A DNA stretch of 46,126 nt from the NCBI GenBank assembly GCA_042218225.1, contig JBDGRH010000070.1, forward strand, positions 1 to 46,126, read 5' to 3'. Both the position numbers and the translations under genes were made by a program. Origin of the DNA: Halodesulfurarchaeum sp. (GTDB lineage: Archaea > Halobacteriota > Halobacteria > Halobacteriales > Halobacteriaceae). Below the pieces are notes generated by a model. The model saw nothing but the letters and a program-made list of their open reading frames with translations. It was not told the origin of the DNA and did no database searches. Below are positions 28,088 to 37,403 of the stretch, piece after piece; the stretch's first letter is position 1, and every line of letters begins with the position of its first letter.

Positions 28088-28528
28088 TCAGCGAGATGAC
28101 TCCACATACGAAACCGCCGCTTGCGGGGAGTTGACCGCCTCGACACCCTCGATATCGTGCGTCCCGAGACCCGCGACCGGGCGGCCCATATCCAGGGCGT
28201 GGGCGATCTCGGAGAGCGTGCCGGTTCCCCCGTCAACCGCGATCGCCGCCTCCCCGTTCAACACGACCAGGACGTTCCGGGCACTACCCATTCCCGTGGC
28301 GACCGGGATGTCGATATTGGGGTTCGCCTGGCCGATATCGGTTCCTGGAAGGATCCCGATCGCTCGACCTCCTGTGTCCGCCATCCCGGCGGCGACCGCC
28401 TCCATGACACCGGTCAGCCCGCCACAGACCACGTCGTGACCGCGCTCCCCGAGTGTCCGGCCCAGCTCCTCGGCCACCTCGTATTCGGCATCGGTTACCC
28501 GGCTGCCCCCGATGACGCTGACGCGCAT
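28088..28528 (-). CDS. TIGR00725/LOG-family Rossmann-fold nucleotide-binding protein
   Basis: VSVIGGS, VVCGGLTGVMEAV, IGILPG, TGMGSARN and GGTGTLSEIAHA motifs. Confidence 0.88.
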   Translation of the reverse strand: MRVSVIGGSRVTDAEYEVAEELGRTLGERGHDVVCGGLTGVMEAVAAGMADTGGRAIGILPGTDIGQANPNIDIPVATGMGSARNVLVVLNGEAAIAVDGGTGTLSEIAHALDMGRPVAGLGTHDIEGVEAVNSPQAAVSYVESSR

Positions 28529-28655
28529 GGGGTCGGTACGACCCGGCCCCATTCAGCACTTTCGGCGGTGCTGAACTTCCGAGCGAACGCCCTCCCCCAT
28601 CGCCGGGCGAGTTCCCCGGAGATACATTTACATTACGTGTTTCCGTAGTGACAGT

Positions 28656-28856
28656 ATGGACGTCGGGCGGGTCATCTATCTGCTCGCCCGGGTGTACGTG
28701 GCGTTCATCGCGCTGATCGGCGTGGGGACCGTCCTCTGGCTCCTGACCCCGACCAGGGTGGCAACCGCGCAGGTTGCCGGCATCTGGTTCGCGGTGAGCG
28801 GCTTCGGGGCCCTCGTTCTCGTGACCGTGCTCCTCGTTCACTTCAGCCGGGAGTGA
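28656..28856 (+). CDS. Small two-TM membrane protein
   Basis: 66 aa with two hydrophobic helices; AT-rich promoter-like ATTTACATTA ~25 nt upstream. Confidence 0.7.
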   Translation: MDVGRVIYLLARVYVAFIALIGVGTVLWLLTPTRVATAQVAGIWFAVSGFGALVLVTVLLVHFSRE

Positions 28857-28865
28857 CCAGGTGGG

Positions 28866-29234
28866 TCACGGTCGCCTCCCACGGAGAAGCGCCACGGCCA
28901 GCGGGCGGAGCGTTCTGGCGCTCGCGCCGACCACGCCGAACACGATGGCCATCCCCAGGCTCAGCCCGTAGAGCTGCATCGCCCCGGGGTTCCAGGCTCC
29001 GTTGCCGACGAGAACAACTCCCATGGAGAGTCCCCAGACCGCGAGCCCATACGCGAATCCCATGAGTATCGCCCGCCGAGGGGTGCTGGCGATGAGGCCG
29101 GTGGCCACGCCGCCGACGAGGAGTCCGAGCCAGTGAACCGACCCGAGTGCCATCCCGATGAGGAATGCGGCCCCGATGGCGACCCCCCGATCGAACCGCC
29201 CCCCTCGATCCCTTGACTGCCCGAGGGCGGTCAC
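28866..29234 (-). CDS. Small membrane protein translationally coupled to the acylase gene
   Basis: Gly/Ala/Leu-rich TM segments; ATGA overlap with the acylase stop at 29231-29234. Confidence 0.75.
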   Translation of the reverse strand: MTALGQSRDRGGRFDRGVAIGAAFLIGMALGSVHWLGLLVGGVATGLIASTPRRAILMGFAYGLAVWGLSMGVVLVGNGAWNPGAMQLYGLSLGMAIVFGVVGASARTLRPLAVALLRGRRP

Positions 29235-31606
29235 GTCTCCTCACCCCCGAATTCGATATCGGGCGCATCGCCGAACGCGCGATCGAAGCGAAGGTATCGC
29301 CCTTGTGCCCAGGCGGACAGCTGGTCGCTGTAGTGCGCTCCGAAGGGATGGCCGATGTTCCCTCCAGGGAGGACGACCGTTCCCCCACCGGACATCGGAA
29401 CCACCATCCGCCAGCTGCTGCCGACGTCCGATCCCTTTCGATAGTTGTTGACGGTCGCTCGCGACCCTCCCGTCGGCATGCGGGGGTAGTTGAGGAACGG
29501 TTGATCGAATGGATGATCGATGCTGACGGTGTTCCACTGGCCGTAGTCCGTCCACCCCTCTCTTTCGAGAATCGTGTGGGTCCGGTCGAGGGCCGTTCGT
29601 ATCGCGTCATTCCTGCTGTCCGGGGTCGATGGGAGGTCGAACCAGGGACTGTCGTCCTCGAGCGTCAACACGACCCAATCACCAGGCCAGTAGGAGTCAT
29701 CGAGGTTCGCGGCTGCAAACCCTCCTTCGAACAGCGACCGGCGGAGCTCGTCCACGAGGACGGCGAAGACCAGGGCACCCCTGGAACTCGGCTCCATCCG
29801 GAAATCCCAATCGCGGAGCGCGTCCACGAGCTCCCTGGAGGGTGAGTCGAGGGCGTCACGCATCTCCAGGAGCTCGGGGACGAGCATCGCCGCACGCTCG
29901 TCGAACGTATCGAGCTGGAGGTCACGGGTGGATGCCGGGGTGATGGACCCGGCCTGGCGGTCCAGTCGGTCGTAGAGCCGTTTCCCACGGAATGGCGGGG
30001 CGAACGCCGTGCCAATGTAATGGGCCGGATCGTCGACGACTCGCTGGTTCGCCGTTGCGACATATCCCGGGTTGATGACCCCTGGTTTCTCCTCGAATGG
30101 CACGAAGCCGCTCCATTCTGACGTCCCATAGGGGGTAAACCCCTCCCATTCGCCTTCCCCCCGAGACCCGTCAAAGATTTGATTGCCAGATACCTCCTCG
30201 CCGTCGACGGTCCGGATGGGGATGCGGCCCGTCACGTAGTAGAGGGTATTCCCCGCCCGGTCCGCGTAGACGACGTTCTGGGTTGGGAGGTCGAAACGCC
30301 TCGTCGCGGCCAGGAAGTCATCCAGCCCCTCACTGCGGGCCATCCGGTGGACCGCGAGCGTGGTCTCCGTCGCGGTGAGTCCGGTCCATGCACAGGCGAC
30401 CTGCATCCCCTCGCGCTCGAGGACCGGTCCGTGGACGGTCTTTCTGACCTCGACCGTGCGGTCTCGTTCTCCGGCGACCTCGATCGTTTCCGTTTCGGTG
30501 TCGAATGGTCGCCAGTCGCTGCGGTAGCGATACCTGTCCCCCTCGATGGTGTACTCGTAGAAGTCGACAACGTCGGCTCCAACGTTCGTGAACCCCCACG
30601 CACCCGCACGGTTCTCGCCGATGATGACGAAGGGGACGCCGGGAAACGTGACGCCCCGAACCCGGTACCCTGGTGCCTCCAGGTGCTGCTGGTACCACAC
30701 GGGTGGTGCCATGAGGGAGAGGTGTGGGTCATTGGCGACGATCGGATCCCCGCTTTCCGTATACTCCCCCGAGACCACCCAGCTGTTCGACCCCAGCCCA
30801 CGACGACCCTCGAAGTCGCCGACCCAATCCAGGAGCGATCGGAAATCCCCACCATCCCCGTCCGCTTCTTTCAAGGAGGCCTTCCCGCCAGACATTTCCC
30901 CTCCCCGGTGGGGCCCCAGGATCGGATACTCGTGGTCGAATCGGGTGGGAAACAGGTCGGAGACGACCGCGGACCCGAACACCTCCCGGAGGGTGGCGAG
31001 CCGGAGCGTCCGGAAGCTCCCCGTGAGATCCCAGGAGATCTGCTTCTCCATGAGCATCGTGTCGACGGGGTGCCACCGGTCCGGCTCGTACCCGAGCAGC
31101 GCGAACTCCACGGGAAGGGTTCGGTCCGCAATGAAACGGTTCACGCCGTCAGCGTACGCCTGGATGACATCACCGGTCTCTGTCCCCTGCAGGTTCGACC
31201 AGGTGGCTTCCGCGGCCCCCAGGAAGTCCATGGCGACGTGGAACCGGTCGGATTCGAGCGTGGCCGGGCCGGCGACCGCCGAGAGCTCTCCGCGCATGAC
31301 GCGGCGCTGGAGGTCCATCTGGAAGAGGCGGTCCTGGGCGTGCAGATACCCGACCGCGAAGTAGAGGGCCCGCTCCGTCTCTCCGCGAACCTCGGGGACC
31401 CCGCGGTCGTCGTACCTGACCTGGGCGCTCCCGTGTGGACTCTCGACTCGACGGGGAATTGGCGACGTTGCGGCCTCCCACACCGACCCAGAGAGGGGGG
31501 CGAACCGGTCGAGATACGAGCGAACGGGGGAGAGGAATCCGCCACCTGCCACCCCAGCGAGGGCGGCGGCCGCGACCCCCCGCCGGACCCGGTCGATATC
31601 GGTCAT
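29231..31606 (-). CDS. Penicillin acylase family Ntn-hydrolase (peptidase S45), probable Tat substrate
   Basis: GYLHAQDRLFQMDL, GLGSNSWVVSG (nucleophilic Ser), ANDPHL, QNVVYAD and TANQR motifs; N-terminal RR plus hydrophobic stretch. Confidence 0.93.
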   Translation of the reverse strand: MTDIDRVRRGVAAAALAGVAGGGFLSPVRSYLDRFAPLSGSVWEAATSPIPRRVESPHGSAQVRYDDRGVPEVRGETERALYFAVGYLHAQDRLFQMDLQRRVMRGELSAVAGPATLESDRFHVAMDFLGAAEATWSNLQGTETGDVIQAYADGVNRFIADRTLPVEFALLGYEPDRWHPVDTMLMEKQISWDLTGSFRTLRLATLREVFGSAVVSDLFPTRFDHEYPILGPHRGGEMSGGKASLKEADGDGGDFRSLLDWVGDFEGRRGLGSNSWVVSGEYTESGDPIVANDPHLSLMAPPVWYQQHLEAPGYRVRGVTFPGVPFVIIGENRAGAWGFTNVGADVVDFYEYTIEGDRYRYRSDWRPFDTETETIEVAGERDRTVEVRKTVHGPVLEREGMQVACAWTGLTATETTLAVHRMARSEGLDDFLAATRRFDLPTQNVVYADRAGNTLYYVTGRIPIRTVDGEEVSGNQIFDGSRGEGEWEGFTPYGTSEWSGFVPFEEKPGVINPGYVATANQRVVDDPAHYIGTAFAPPFRGKRLYDRLDRQAGSITPASTRDLQLDTFDERAAMLVPELLEMRDALDSPSRELVDALRDWDFRMEPSSRGALVFAVLVDELRRSLFEGGFAAANLDDSYWPGDWVVLTLEDDSPWFDLPSTPDSRNDAIRTALDRTHTILEREGWTDYGQWNTVSIDHPFDQPFLNYPRMPTGGSRATVNNYRKGSDVGSSWRMVVPMSGGGTVVLPGGNIGHPFGAHYSDQLSAWAQGRYLRFDRAFGDAPDIEFGGEET

Positions 31607-31746
31607 GGGTCCTGGTACCGCGACACACTATAAAGGTGTCATGGCTCCCGGATTATGGGATACGCAGAGTCCGCACGTTCGATACACGGACCATGCTTTC
31701 CCCCGGGAAAAGTCACAATCAGCGCGAACCCGTTACGGTTGGACCA

Positions 31747-32946
31747 CTATATCGAAAGCTGCACTCCTGTCGGGACTGTCTCCCAGACCGACTCCAGGAT
31801 CGATGCTGTTGGCACGTGGCCCGGCGGTGTCCCTTCTGGTTCGGCGTTCGCCTCGGAACCGTTCTGACCTCGATTCTCGGGGGTGTTCGGCTGCAGTCCC
31901 TTGTTCTCATCGGGATGGTTGTTCGACTTCCCTTCCGACTGGTTGCCTGGGGTATCCTCCCCATTGTTTCCTGCCTGGTCCCCATTGGGGCCGTTCTTTC
32001 CCTTATTCTCATTGTGGCCGTTTTTTCCACGATCCTCCTCAGACGAATTCCCTCTGGTAGAATCATCCGCCGGACCCATCCCCTCCGGCGGCCCGCCGGG
32101 ATGGCCATCGCTCGAGTTGTTCGAGGGTGTCTCATCGCCCTCATCACCAACGCCTGGTGGCCCTCGGTTCCCGGGCGGCCCCTGACCCGGCACTCCTTCG
32201 GGCGGTCCCCGGACGGTTGGACCCACCGGGTTTCCAACGCCTTTGCCCGCGATCTGGCGGGCGATCGCGGCGACCTCTTGCCCGGTGAGGTTCCTGGCCC
32301 GCGTCCGGAGCACGGCCAGTGTGGTCTGGTTTATGCCATGTGCCTGAAGCATCCCGGGTGGGAGCGACGCCGCAACGGCTGTCGTCCGATTGAGGAGGCT
32401 CCTAAGCGCCCCGATTCGCGCCTCGAGGTGTGTCACCTGGACGGTGTACGCCGTCTTGGAGATGGTACCATTCTCCCTCCGTGCCTCGAGCTGCTCGAGG
32501 CGCGTTTGGAGTGTCTGCAGTTGGGCCTGGAGCTGTTGGGTCTGGTTCGCCACGACCTCGGCCCTCGTCGCGTTGGATTTCGCCATCGCGACAGCGTGGG
32601 TGAACGTCCGGACCGATACCTCTACAGTGACCTCGGCCTGTTGGGCGCCGATGACCCCGGCCAGTTTTGTCCCCGGAGGGAGGTCTGCCACCCCTTCGGA
32701 CGGCCCCTTCCCGTCAGAGACATGTTCCCCCGTTCCGTCACCCGTCGTGTTGTTCCCGGATTCATTCGTCCCGTTTGTCTGGGCTGCCTCATTCCCGTTT
32801 CCGACCGCCAGGACGGGCATATCGACCCCCTGGGGCGTGGATGAATCGACCCCGTCGTCCGCGAACCCGGCGCTCCCGATCCCGACGAGAATCGGGGCCA
32901 GGCCCACGACTGCGACGACAACAATGGCGGCGATCCGGGTCGTCAT
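31747..32946 (-). CDS. Secreted/surface protein with coiled-coil core and low-complexity N/G/E/K/P-rich tail
   Basis: Signal-peptide-like N-terminus, many N-x-S/T sequons, heptad region QTQQLQAQLQTLQTRLEQLE; SD-like GGGAGGT upstream. Confidence 0.8.
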   Translation of the reverse strand: MTTRIAAIVVVAVVGLAPILVGIGSAGFADDGVDSSTPQGVDMPVLAVGNGNEAAQTNGTNESGNNTTGDGTGEHVSDGKGPSEGVADLPPGTKLAGVIGAQQAEVTVEVSVRTFTHAVAMAKSNATRAEVVANQTQQLQAQLQTLQTRLEQLEARRENGTISKTAYTVQVTHLEARIGALRSLLNRTTAVAASLPPGMLQAHGINQTTLAVLRTRARNLTGQEVAAIARQIAGKGVGNPVGPTVRGPPEGVPGQGPPGNRGPPGVGDEGDETPSNNSSDGHPGGPPEGMGPADDSTRGNSSEEDRGKNGHNENKGKNGPNGDQAGNNGEDTPGNQSEGKSNNHPDENKGLQPNTPENRGQNGSEANAEPEGTPPGHVPTASILESVWETVPTGVQLSI

Positions 32947-32960
32947 GGTGCTCTATACCT

Positions 32961-33030
32961 CCCGTCGATTGAAATATGCGCACGTCCGTGCACGCGAATT
33001 CGCCCGGATTCACCAGGATTCACGCCGATT
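32961..33030 (-). promoter_or_regulatory. Helically phased 10-bp direct repeats around the promoter of the secreted-protein gene
   Basis: Minus strand: AATCGGCGTG AATCCTGGTG AATCCGGGCG AATTCGCGTG CACGGACGTG, then TATA-like CATATTTCAA overlapping an in-phase AATCGACGGG. Confidence 0.6.
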
Positions 33031-33139
33031 TCCACACCACGGAGGCTGGGTTCTGGCGCTCCTCCCCGCCCCGGTCGTGTTCCTCCGGGGAAACACGACC
33101 GGATGTGATCGCCGACAGAAATTCGCACGTCAGGGGCGG

Positions 33140-34324
33140 TCATGGGAACTCATCCTCCGCCTCGGGAAGTTTGACGACGTTCTCGCGGCCGATGCGGAAC
33201 TTCTCGACTGTCTCGTCCTCCTGCATCTCGGAGAGGACCTGGCTGGTCTTGGCCTCCGTCCAGTCGAGCGCCTCCACGATCTCCTGTTGCTTCGCCCGGC
33301 CACCTTGGGATTCGAGGTACTGGATAACCCGCTCCTCGTTGCTGAGCAACTCGTCCGGCGGTTCGTCACTGGTTGACTCGGGGGTTCCCTCGTCCGGCGG
33401 TGCCGGTCCGGGTTCCTCCCCGGATCGCCAGTACCAGTAACCCACCCCGATCAGGACCAGCAGGACGAATCCCCCGCCCACGAATGGCCAGAAACCTGCA
33501 CCACTGGCTGGGGGCGGAGTGGTCGTCGTGACCCCCGGTCCCGTCCCGTCCTCAGTTGGCGTGCTCGTCGTCGCAGGAGTGGTGGAAGGGGGTGTGGAAG
33601 TCGGTGTCTGGGTGGGTGTCGGTGTGTCCGCTGGCTTGACCGTTACCGATGGTTCCCCGCTTGAGAAGTCGAGGGGGCCACGCCAGACCACAGTGCCGGT
33701 CCGACGGGACGACGGCTCCGGCTGGACGGACGTGATGACATAGCCCGGGGGGGCCTCTATCTGGAGGCTCGTATCGCCATCGAGGTAGAGACCCGCAAGT
33801 GCGTCTCCGGCCGTGATCGTGTCACCCGACACCTTGGCGAACCCGGTCCAGATGAATCGGTAGGTGAGGACGCCGTAGCGCTGGGGAAGCTGTCGGATCT
33901 CCGCCGACACCGAGAACTGCCCCGCCGTCATCTGTCGCCCCGTCGCGTCTTCCGCGGACGCGACCGTCGCGTTCATCCGCTGGGCGAAGCGATCCACATA
34001 CGCAGATGAGTTGTTCCGGATGTCGGCCATGAGTGAGCGGAATGCCTCGGTCTCGTTCTGGGAGTCGAGTCGGACGAGGTAGCTCACCGTCCAGGCCGCG
34101 TCACCATCGGTCTCGAGGTCCACGATGAGTGAGACGAGGTCTGGCTCGACGGCTGTCTGGAACCCCGTCGGACCGTCAGTGGCCAGCGGTGGCCCACCTC
34201 TGGATGCCTTAGCTATCGCCGGGTCGGTCGCACTCGCTCCCAGGGCGGGGAGGCCCGCGGGAACCAGGAACCCGAGGAGAAGGAGGGCGATGACCCCCTG
34301 ACGCATCGCCCGAGCCACGTTCAT
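33140..34324 (-). CDS. Membrane-anchored wHTH protein (signal peptide, extracellular domain, T/P linker, TM helix, cytoplasmic winged helix)
   Basis: Hydrophobic N-terminus; TPTPTQTPTSTPPSTT linker; TM FWPFVGGGFVLLVLIGVGYWYW; C-terminal LLSNEERVIQYLESQGGRAKQQEIVEALDWTEAKTSQVLSEM...RIGRENVV; start 34324 or 34306. Confidence 0.85.
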   Translation of the reverse strand: MNVARAMRQGVIALLLLGFLVPAGLPALGASATDPAIAKASRGGPPLATDGPTGFQTAVEPDLVSLIVDLETDGDAAWTVSYLVRLDSQNETEAFRSLMADIRNNSSAYVDRFAQRMNATVASAEDATGRQMTAGQFSVSAEIRQLPQRYGVLTYRFIWTGFAKVSGDTITAGDALAGLYLDGDTSLQIEAPPGYVITSVQPEPSSRRTGTVVWRGPLDFSSGEPSVTVKPADTPTPTQTPTSTPPSTTPATTSTPTEDGTGPGVTTTTPPPASGAGFWPFVGGGFVLLVLIGVGYWYWRSGEEPGPAPPDEGTPESTSDEPPDELLSNEERVIQYLESQGGRAKQQEIVEALDWTEAKTSQVLSEMQEDETVEKFRIGRENVVKLPEAEDEFP

Positions 34325-34407
34325 GGCTCCAGGTGGGACCCCCGGTAATGAAACCTTTCCGCTCACAGAACTATCGACAGGGCAGGAGAATCCGGCGTGG
34401 TTCCGTC

Positions 34408-34959
34408 TTAGACCAGGAGCTGGACGTCGGAGTTCTTCATCTTCCGGAGGGCGTGGGCCGCGCCGACGCCCGTGGTCACCCCCTCGATGAAGTCATCGTC
34501 GTCGTAGTCCATGAGGTCCATCGTCATCTGGCAGGCCTGGAACTCCACGCCCTCGTCCAGCCCCCGCTGGATGAGCTCCGGGATGGTGTCCGTCCCCACG
34601 TCGTCGATCTTCCGCTGCATCATCCAGGTCATGGCGTTGTCCATGAATGGAAGGATGCCGATCAGCTTGGGCATGGGGAGGGAGGGATTGCCCACGGAGG
34701 ACATCTTCAGGTTCTTGTGCTTCTCGGCGTGGAGCATGTCCAGGCCCCAGAAGGTCGCGAAGACGGTGACCTCCCAGCCGAACGCCGCGGCCATGTCGCC
34801 GAGGATGAGAACCGGGTAGGCCATGTCCAGCGTGCCCTTCGTGGCTATGATGGTCATCCGCGTCGGCTCGTCGCCGTCATCCTCGAGTGCCGCAACCTGG
34901 GACTCGAGCGCCGACACCTGTTCCGCGAGTTCCGAGATGGAGGGTTCGGTCTCACTCAT
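34408..34959 (-). CDS. DsrE/DsrF/DrsH-like (DsrE2-type) sulfur-relay protein
   Basis: IIATKGTLDMAYPVLIL, VFATFWGLD, FQACQMTMDLM (active-site Cys) and GVGAA motifs. Confidence 0.9.
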   Translation of the reverse strand: MSETEPSISELAEQVSALESQVAALEDDGDEPTRMTIIATKGTLDMAYPVLILGDMAAAFGWEVTVFATFWGLDMLHAEKHKNLKMSSVGNPSLPMPKLIGILPFMDNAMTWMMQRKIDDVGTDTIPELIQRGLDEGVEFQACQMTMDLMDYDDDDFIEGVTTGVGAAHALRKMKNSDVQLLV

Positions 34960-35283
34960 GATTCTGGTGTCCTGTTGTCACCGATGCTTCGACAGCCCCG
35001 GCGCCTCGGTGGTCGAGTCGCCTCGGTCCGGTGCTGTCGTGAATACACAGTACAACTTCGACCCGAGTTGCATTTAAAGATGTGGGAGATTATCCACTTC
35101 TGGGAGGGAGCCCTCCCTGACTTTCGGTGTTTCGACACGCGATACCTCACAATATGGGGTTGTCTGTTCAGGTGCGTACTATACATTATTGAGTGGGCCA
35201 CGGCGTGGACCACCATGCACCCGGACGCACCGTCGAGAGGGACGTCGGACGGCATAAGGTGGTCGACCCCCTCAACTTGGGTG

Positions 35284-35742
35284 ATGAAGGTGGTTCGCAT
35301 CCTCGGTCGCCGGAACGCCGGGAAGACGACGCTGGCGGAGCGGTTGGTCGGCGCCCTTTCGTCGACCTCTCGGGTCGCCACCGTGAAGTCGATCCACCAC
35401 GAGGTCGAAATCGACACTCCGGGGAAAGATACCTTCCGCCACCGGGAGGCTGGGGCCGAGACAGTCGTCGGAATCACTCCTTCTTACGCCTTTACCATCG
35501 AGAAGGGAGGGAAGGCGAAGGCGGGGACGCTGGACCGGGTTCTGACACGACTGGCGGAAGCGGACCACGAGTTCGTCGTGGTCGAAGGCTTCACGGACTG
35601 TGACCTGCCTGCCATTGTCGTGGGGGATATGGATCCCTCGGCAGTCGAAGGCACCGTGCTGGAGCAGATCGGGGAACCCGACCGTTTCCCCGTCGACACG
35701 CTTGTCGATCTGGTACACGACGCACCCGATTGGGCCTTTTAA
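35284..35742 (+). CDS. mobB: Molybdopterin-guanine dinucleotide biosynthesis protein B
   Basis: ILGRRNAGKTTL, VATVKSIHH, DTPGKDTFRHREAGA and VVVEGF motifs. Confidence 0.9.
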   Translation: MKVVRILGRRNAGKTTLAERLVGALSSTSRVATVKSIHHEVEIDTPGKDTFRHREAGAETVVGITPSYAFTIEKGGKAKAGTLDRVLTRLAEADHEFVVVEGFTDCDLPAIVVGDMDPSAVEGTVLEQIGEPDRFPVDTLVDLVHDAPDWAF

Positions 35743-35906
35743 GGGGTCAATGACCACGGTGGACTGTCCGGACTGATGACGGACCGGACGAGCGCGGCTG
35801 TCAGGGCGAGGCGAAGCGGATATCGGGTACGAAGCTTCAGCCTGCATCCTGGTAATCGAGGCAGGTCCCTCTCCCCGGCAGGGCCGTGTCCCAGCCAGGG
35901 CTGTAT

Positions 35907-35966
35907 TCTATAGTGTTTATTCGACGGTCCCGGGGGTCTAGAGTGATGATTCGACGGTCTCGGTGG
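35907..35966. repeat. Imperfect 30-bp tandem duplication
   Basis: TCTATAGTGTTTATTCGACGGTCCCGGGGG / TCTAGAGTGATGATTCGACGGTCTCGGTGG, 25/30 identical. Confidence 0.8.
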
Positions 35967-36464
35967 AACGCTCCCCGCCCACACCGGCATCCGGTTCGCG
36001 ACGACCAAGAGAATCCGACCCGAATGTCCCCTCCCTCACTGTCCGATCACAGGGCGGGGGAGGCGGAAGATCTCCTCCGAGGTCTCTCCCGGGGGACACC
36101 GTGACAAGTTATGACGTGTAGCGGCGGTACCCCTCCTGGACGTCCGGTGGCGTGGCGATTTCGAACGCTGGCACATCGACTAGCCCTGGCCACCATCGCG
36201 AACGTCTTATCCCCCTCATTCATCGACGATCCGAGCGACCAGGTGCTGGACTATCTGCCGGGGACAGGAGACCCCATCGCGTTGTGGGTCGAGGGGACAT
36301 CGAACGGTCGGAGCTTCTGCTGGCTGTGCGAGGCAGGGGACGACGTCCCGAACCGGGGACGGGATGAAGCGATGGGTCCGGGTGTACGAGATACTGGGGG
36401 TGCAGCGTACGATGGCCCCGGGGGCGCTCCTGCAATATCATCGGCCATCGAGTGTCGAGCGCGG

Positions 36465-36483
36465 TTGTGCAGGAACTACACAA
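36465..36483. promoter_or_regulatory. Palindromic operator candidate upstream of the TrmB-like regulator
   Basis: TTGTGCAG-GAA-CTACACAA (7/8 inverted match) directly before TATA-like CTTTTGA, ~27 nt upstream of ATG 36517. Confidence 0.6.
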
Positions 36484-36516
36484 GGCTTTTGAGACGGAGG
36501 CGCCAAGCTCTCTTCG

Positions 36517-36918
36517 ATGCCCGAATCGATGAGCGAGTACCTCTCCCAGGACATGCAGTGCGAGGGGCTCCTCGAGTGCATGCACGGGCTCAAGGAGCTC
36601 GACAAGGAGGTCTTCATGGTTCTCACCGAGTCCGCGGATCCCCTCACGGTGGACGACATCGCGGCGGCCGTCGACCGGGAGCGCTCGACGGCCTACCGCT
36701 CCGTCCAGCGCCTCCTCCAGGCCGGCTTCATCCAGAAGGAGCAGGTGAACTACGAGCAGGGCGGCTACTATCACGTCTATCGACCGACCGACCCGGACCA
36801 CATCGCCGACGAAATGCAGCGCCTGCTCAACGACTGGTACGCCAAGATGGGCCAGCTCATCGCCGAGTTCCGAGAGGAGTACGACGGTGAGGGGGAGCAG
36901 CGAGCCGCGACACAGTGA
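36517..36918 (+). CDS. Single-domain TrmB-family (OxsR-like) HTH regulator with N-terminal cysteines
   Basis: DMQCEGLLECMHGL, LTVDDIAAAVDRERSTAYRSVQRL HTH and GGYYHVY wing. Confidence 0.88.
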   Translation: MPESMSEYLSQDMQCEGLLECMHGLKELDKEVFMVLTESADPLTVDDIAAAVDRERSTAYRSVQRLLQAGFIQKEQVNYEQGGYYHVYRPTDPDHIADEMQRLLNDWYAKMGQLIAEFREEYDGEGEQRAATQ

Positions 36919-36976
36919 CGTCGCTTTCTCCGTCCACACCCGCACAGTTTTGTGACCGCACGACGGACCGGTAGCC

Positions 36977-37294
36977 ATGGCGGTCCCACCTCCCCAGGGC
37001 GATCAGGACGAACCGGACGCGGTGGCGTTCGGCATCGCCGCGGTCGACGCGGCCCTTCCGGAGGACCTCGAGTTCCCGGCGGACGCAGGCGATATCCAGC
37101 AGGCGGTCGGCGACCCGGAGATCCCGTACGATTCCTCTGGCCGCTCCATCCCGCTCTCTGTGGCCATCCGGGAGACGGACAGGAATACCTTCGAGTCCCG
37201 CCGAGACCTCCTGAATGCCCTCCATCCGGTGTTCGAGGAGAAGCGCGAGGCAGGTGGGGTGGGAGCCTGGCTGCGCTCGCTCGTCCCATTCTAA
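36977..37294 (+). CDS. Conserved-looking haloarchaeal hypothetical protein
   Basis: Acidic 105-aa ORF with host codon usage (FGIAAVDAAL..LEFPAD..LLNALHPVFE). Confidence 0.75.
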   Translation: MAVPPPQGDQDEPDAVAFGIAAVDAALPEDLEFPADAGDIQQAVGDPEIPYDSSGRSIPLSVAIRETDRNTFESRRDLLNALHPVFEEKREAGGVGAWLRSLVPF

Positions 37295-37403
37295 CGCCGG
37301 GCTGGCCGGAGACGTCACGCGCGCCGGTCGTCGTACATTGAATTTCTCGTTTCCCCGGGGGAGTTCCCACGGCTTTCAATTGCCCTGCCTCGAACGAGTA
37401 GCT

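Noticed and set aside
34333-35283. Apparent long N-terminal extension of MobB (469-aa ORF)
   Set aside because: It overlaps dsrE antisense and the promoter region; the MobB Walker A begins right after ATG 35284.
36111-36890. 259-aa ORF overlapping the TrmB-like gene
   Set aside because: Its 3' half is an off-frame overlap with the regulator and its 5' half has no recognisable motif; it is kept only as part of the unexplained gap.
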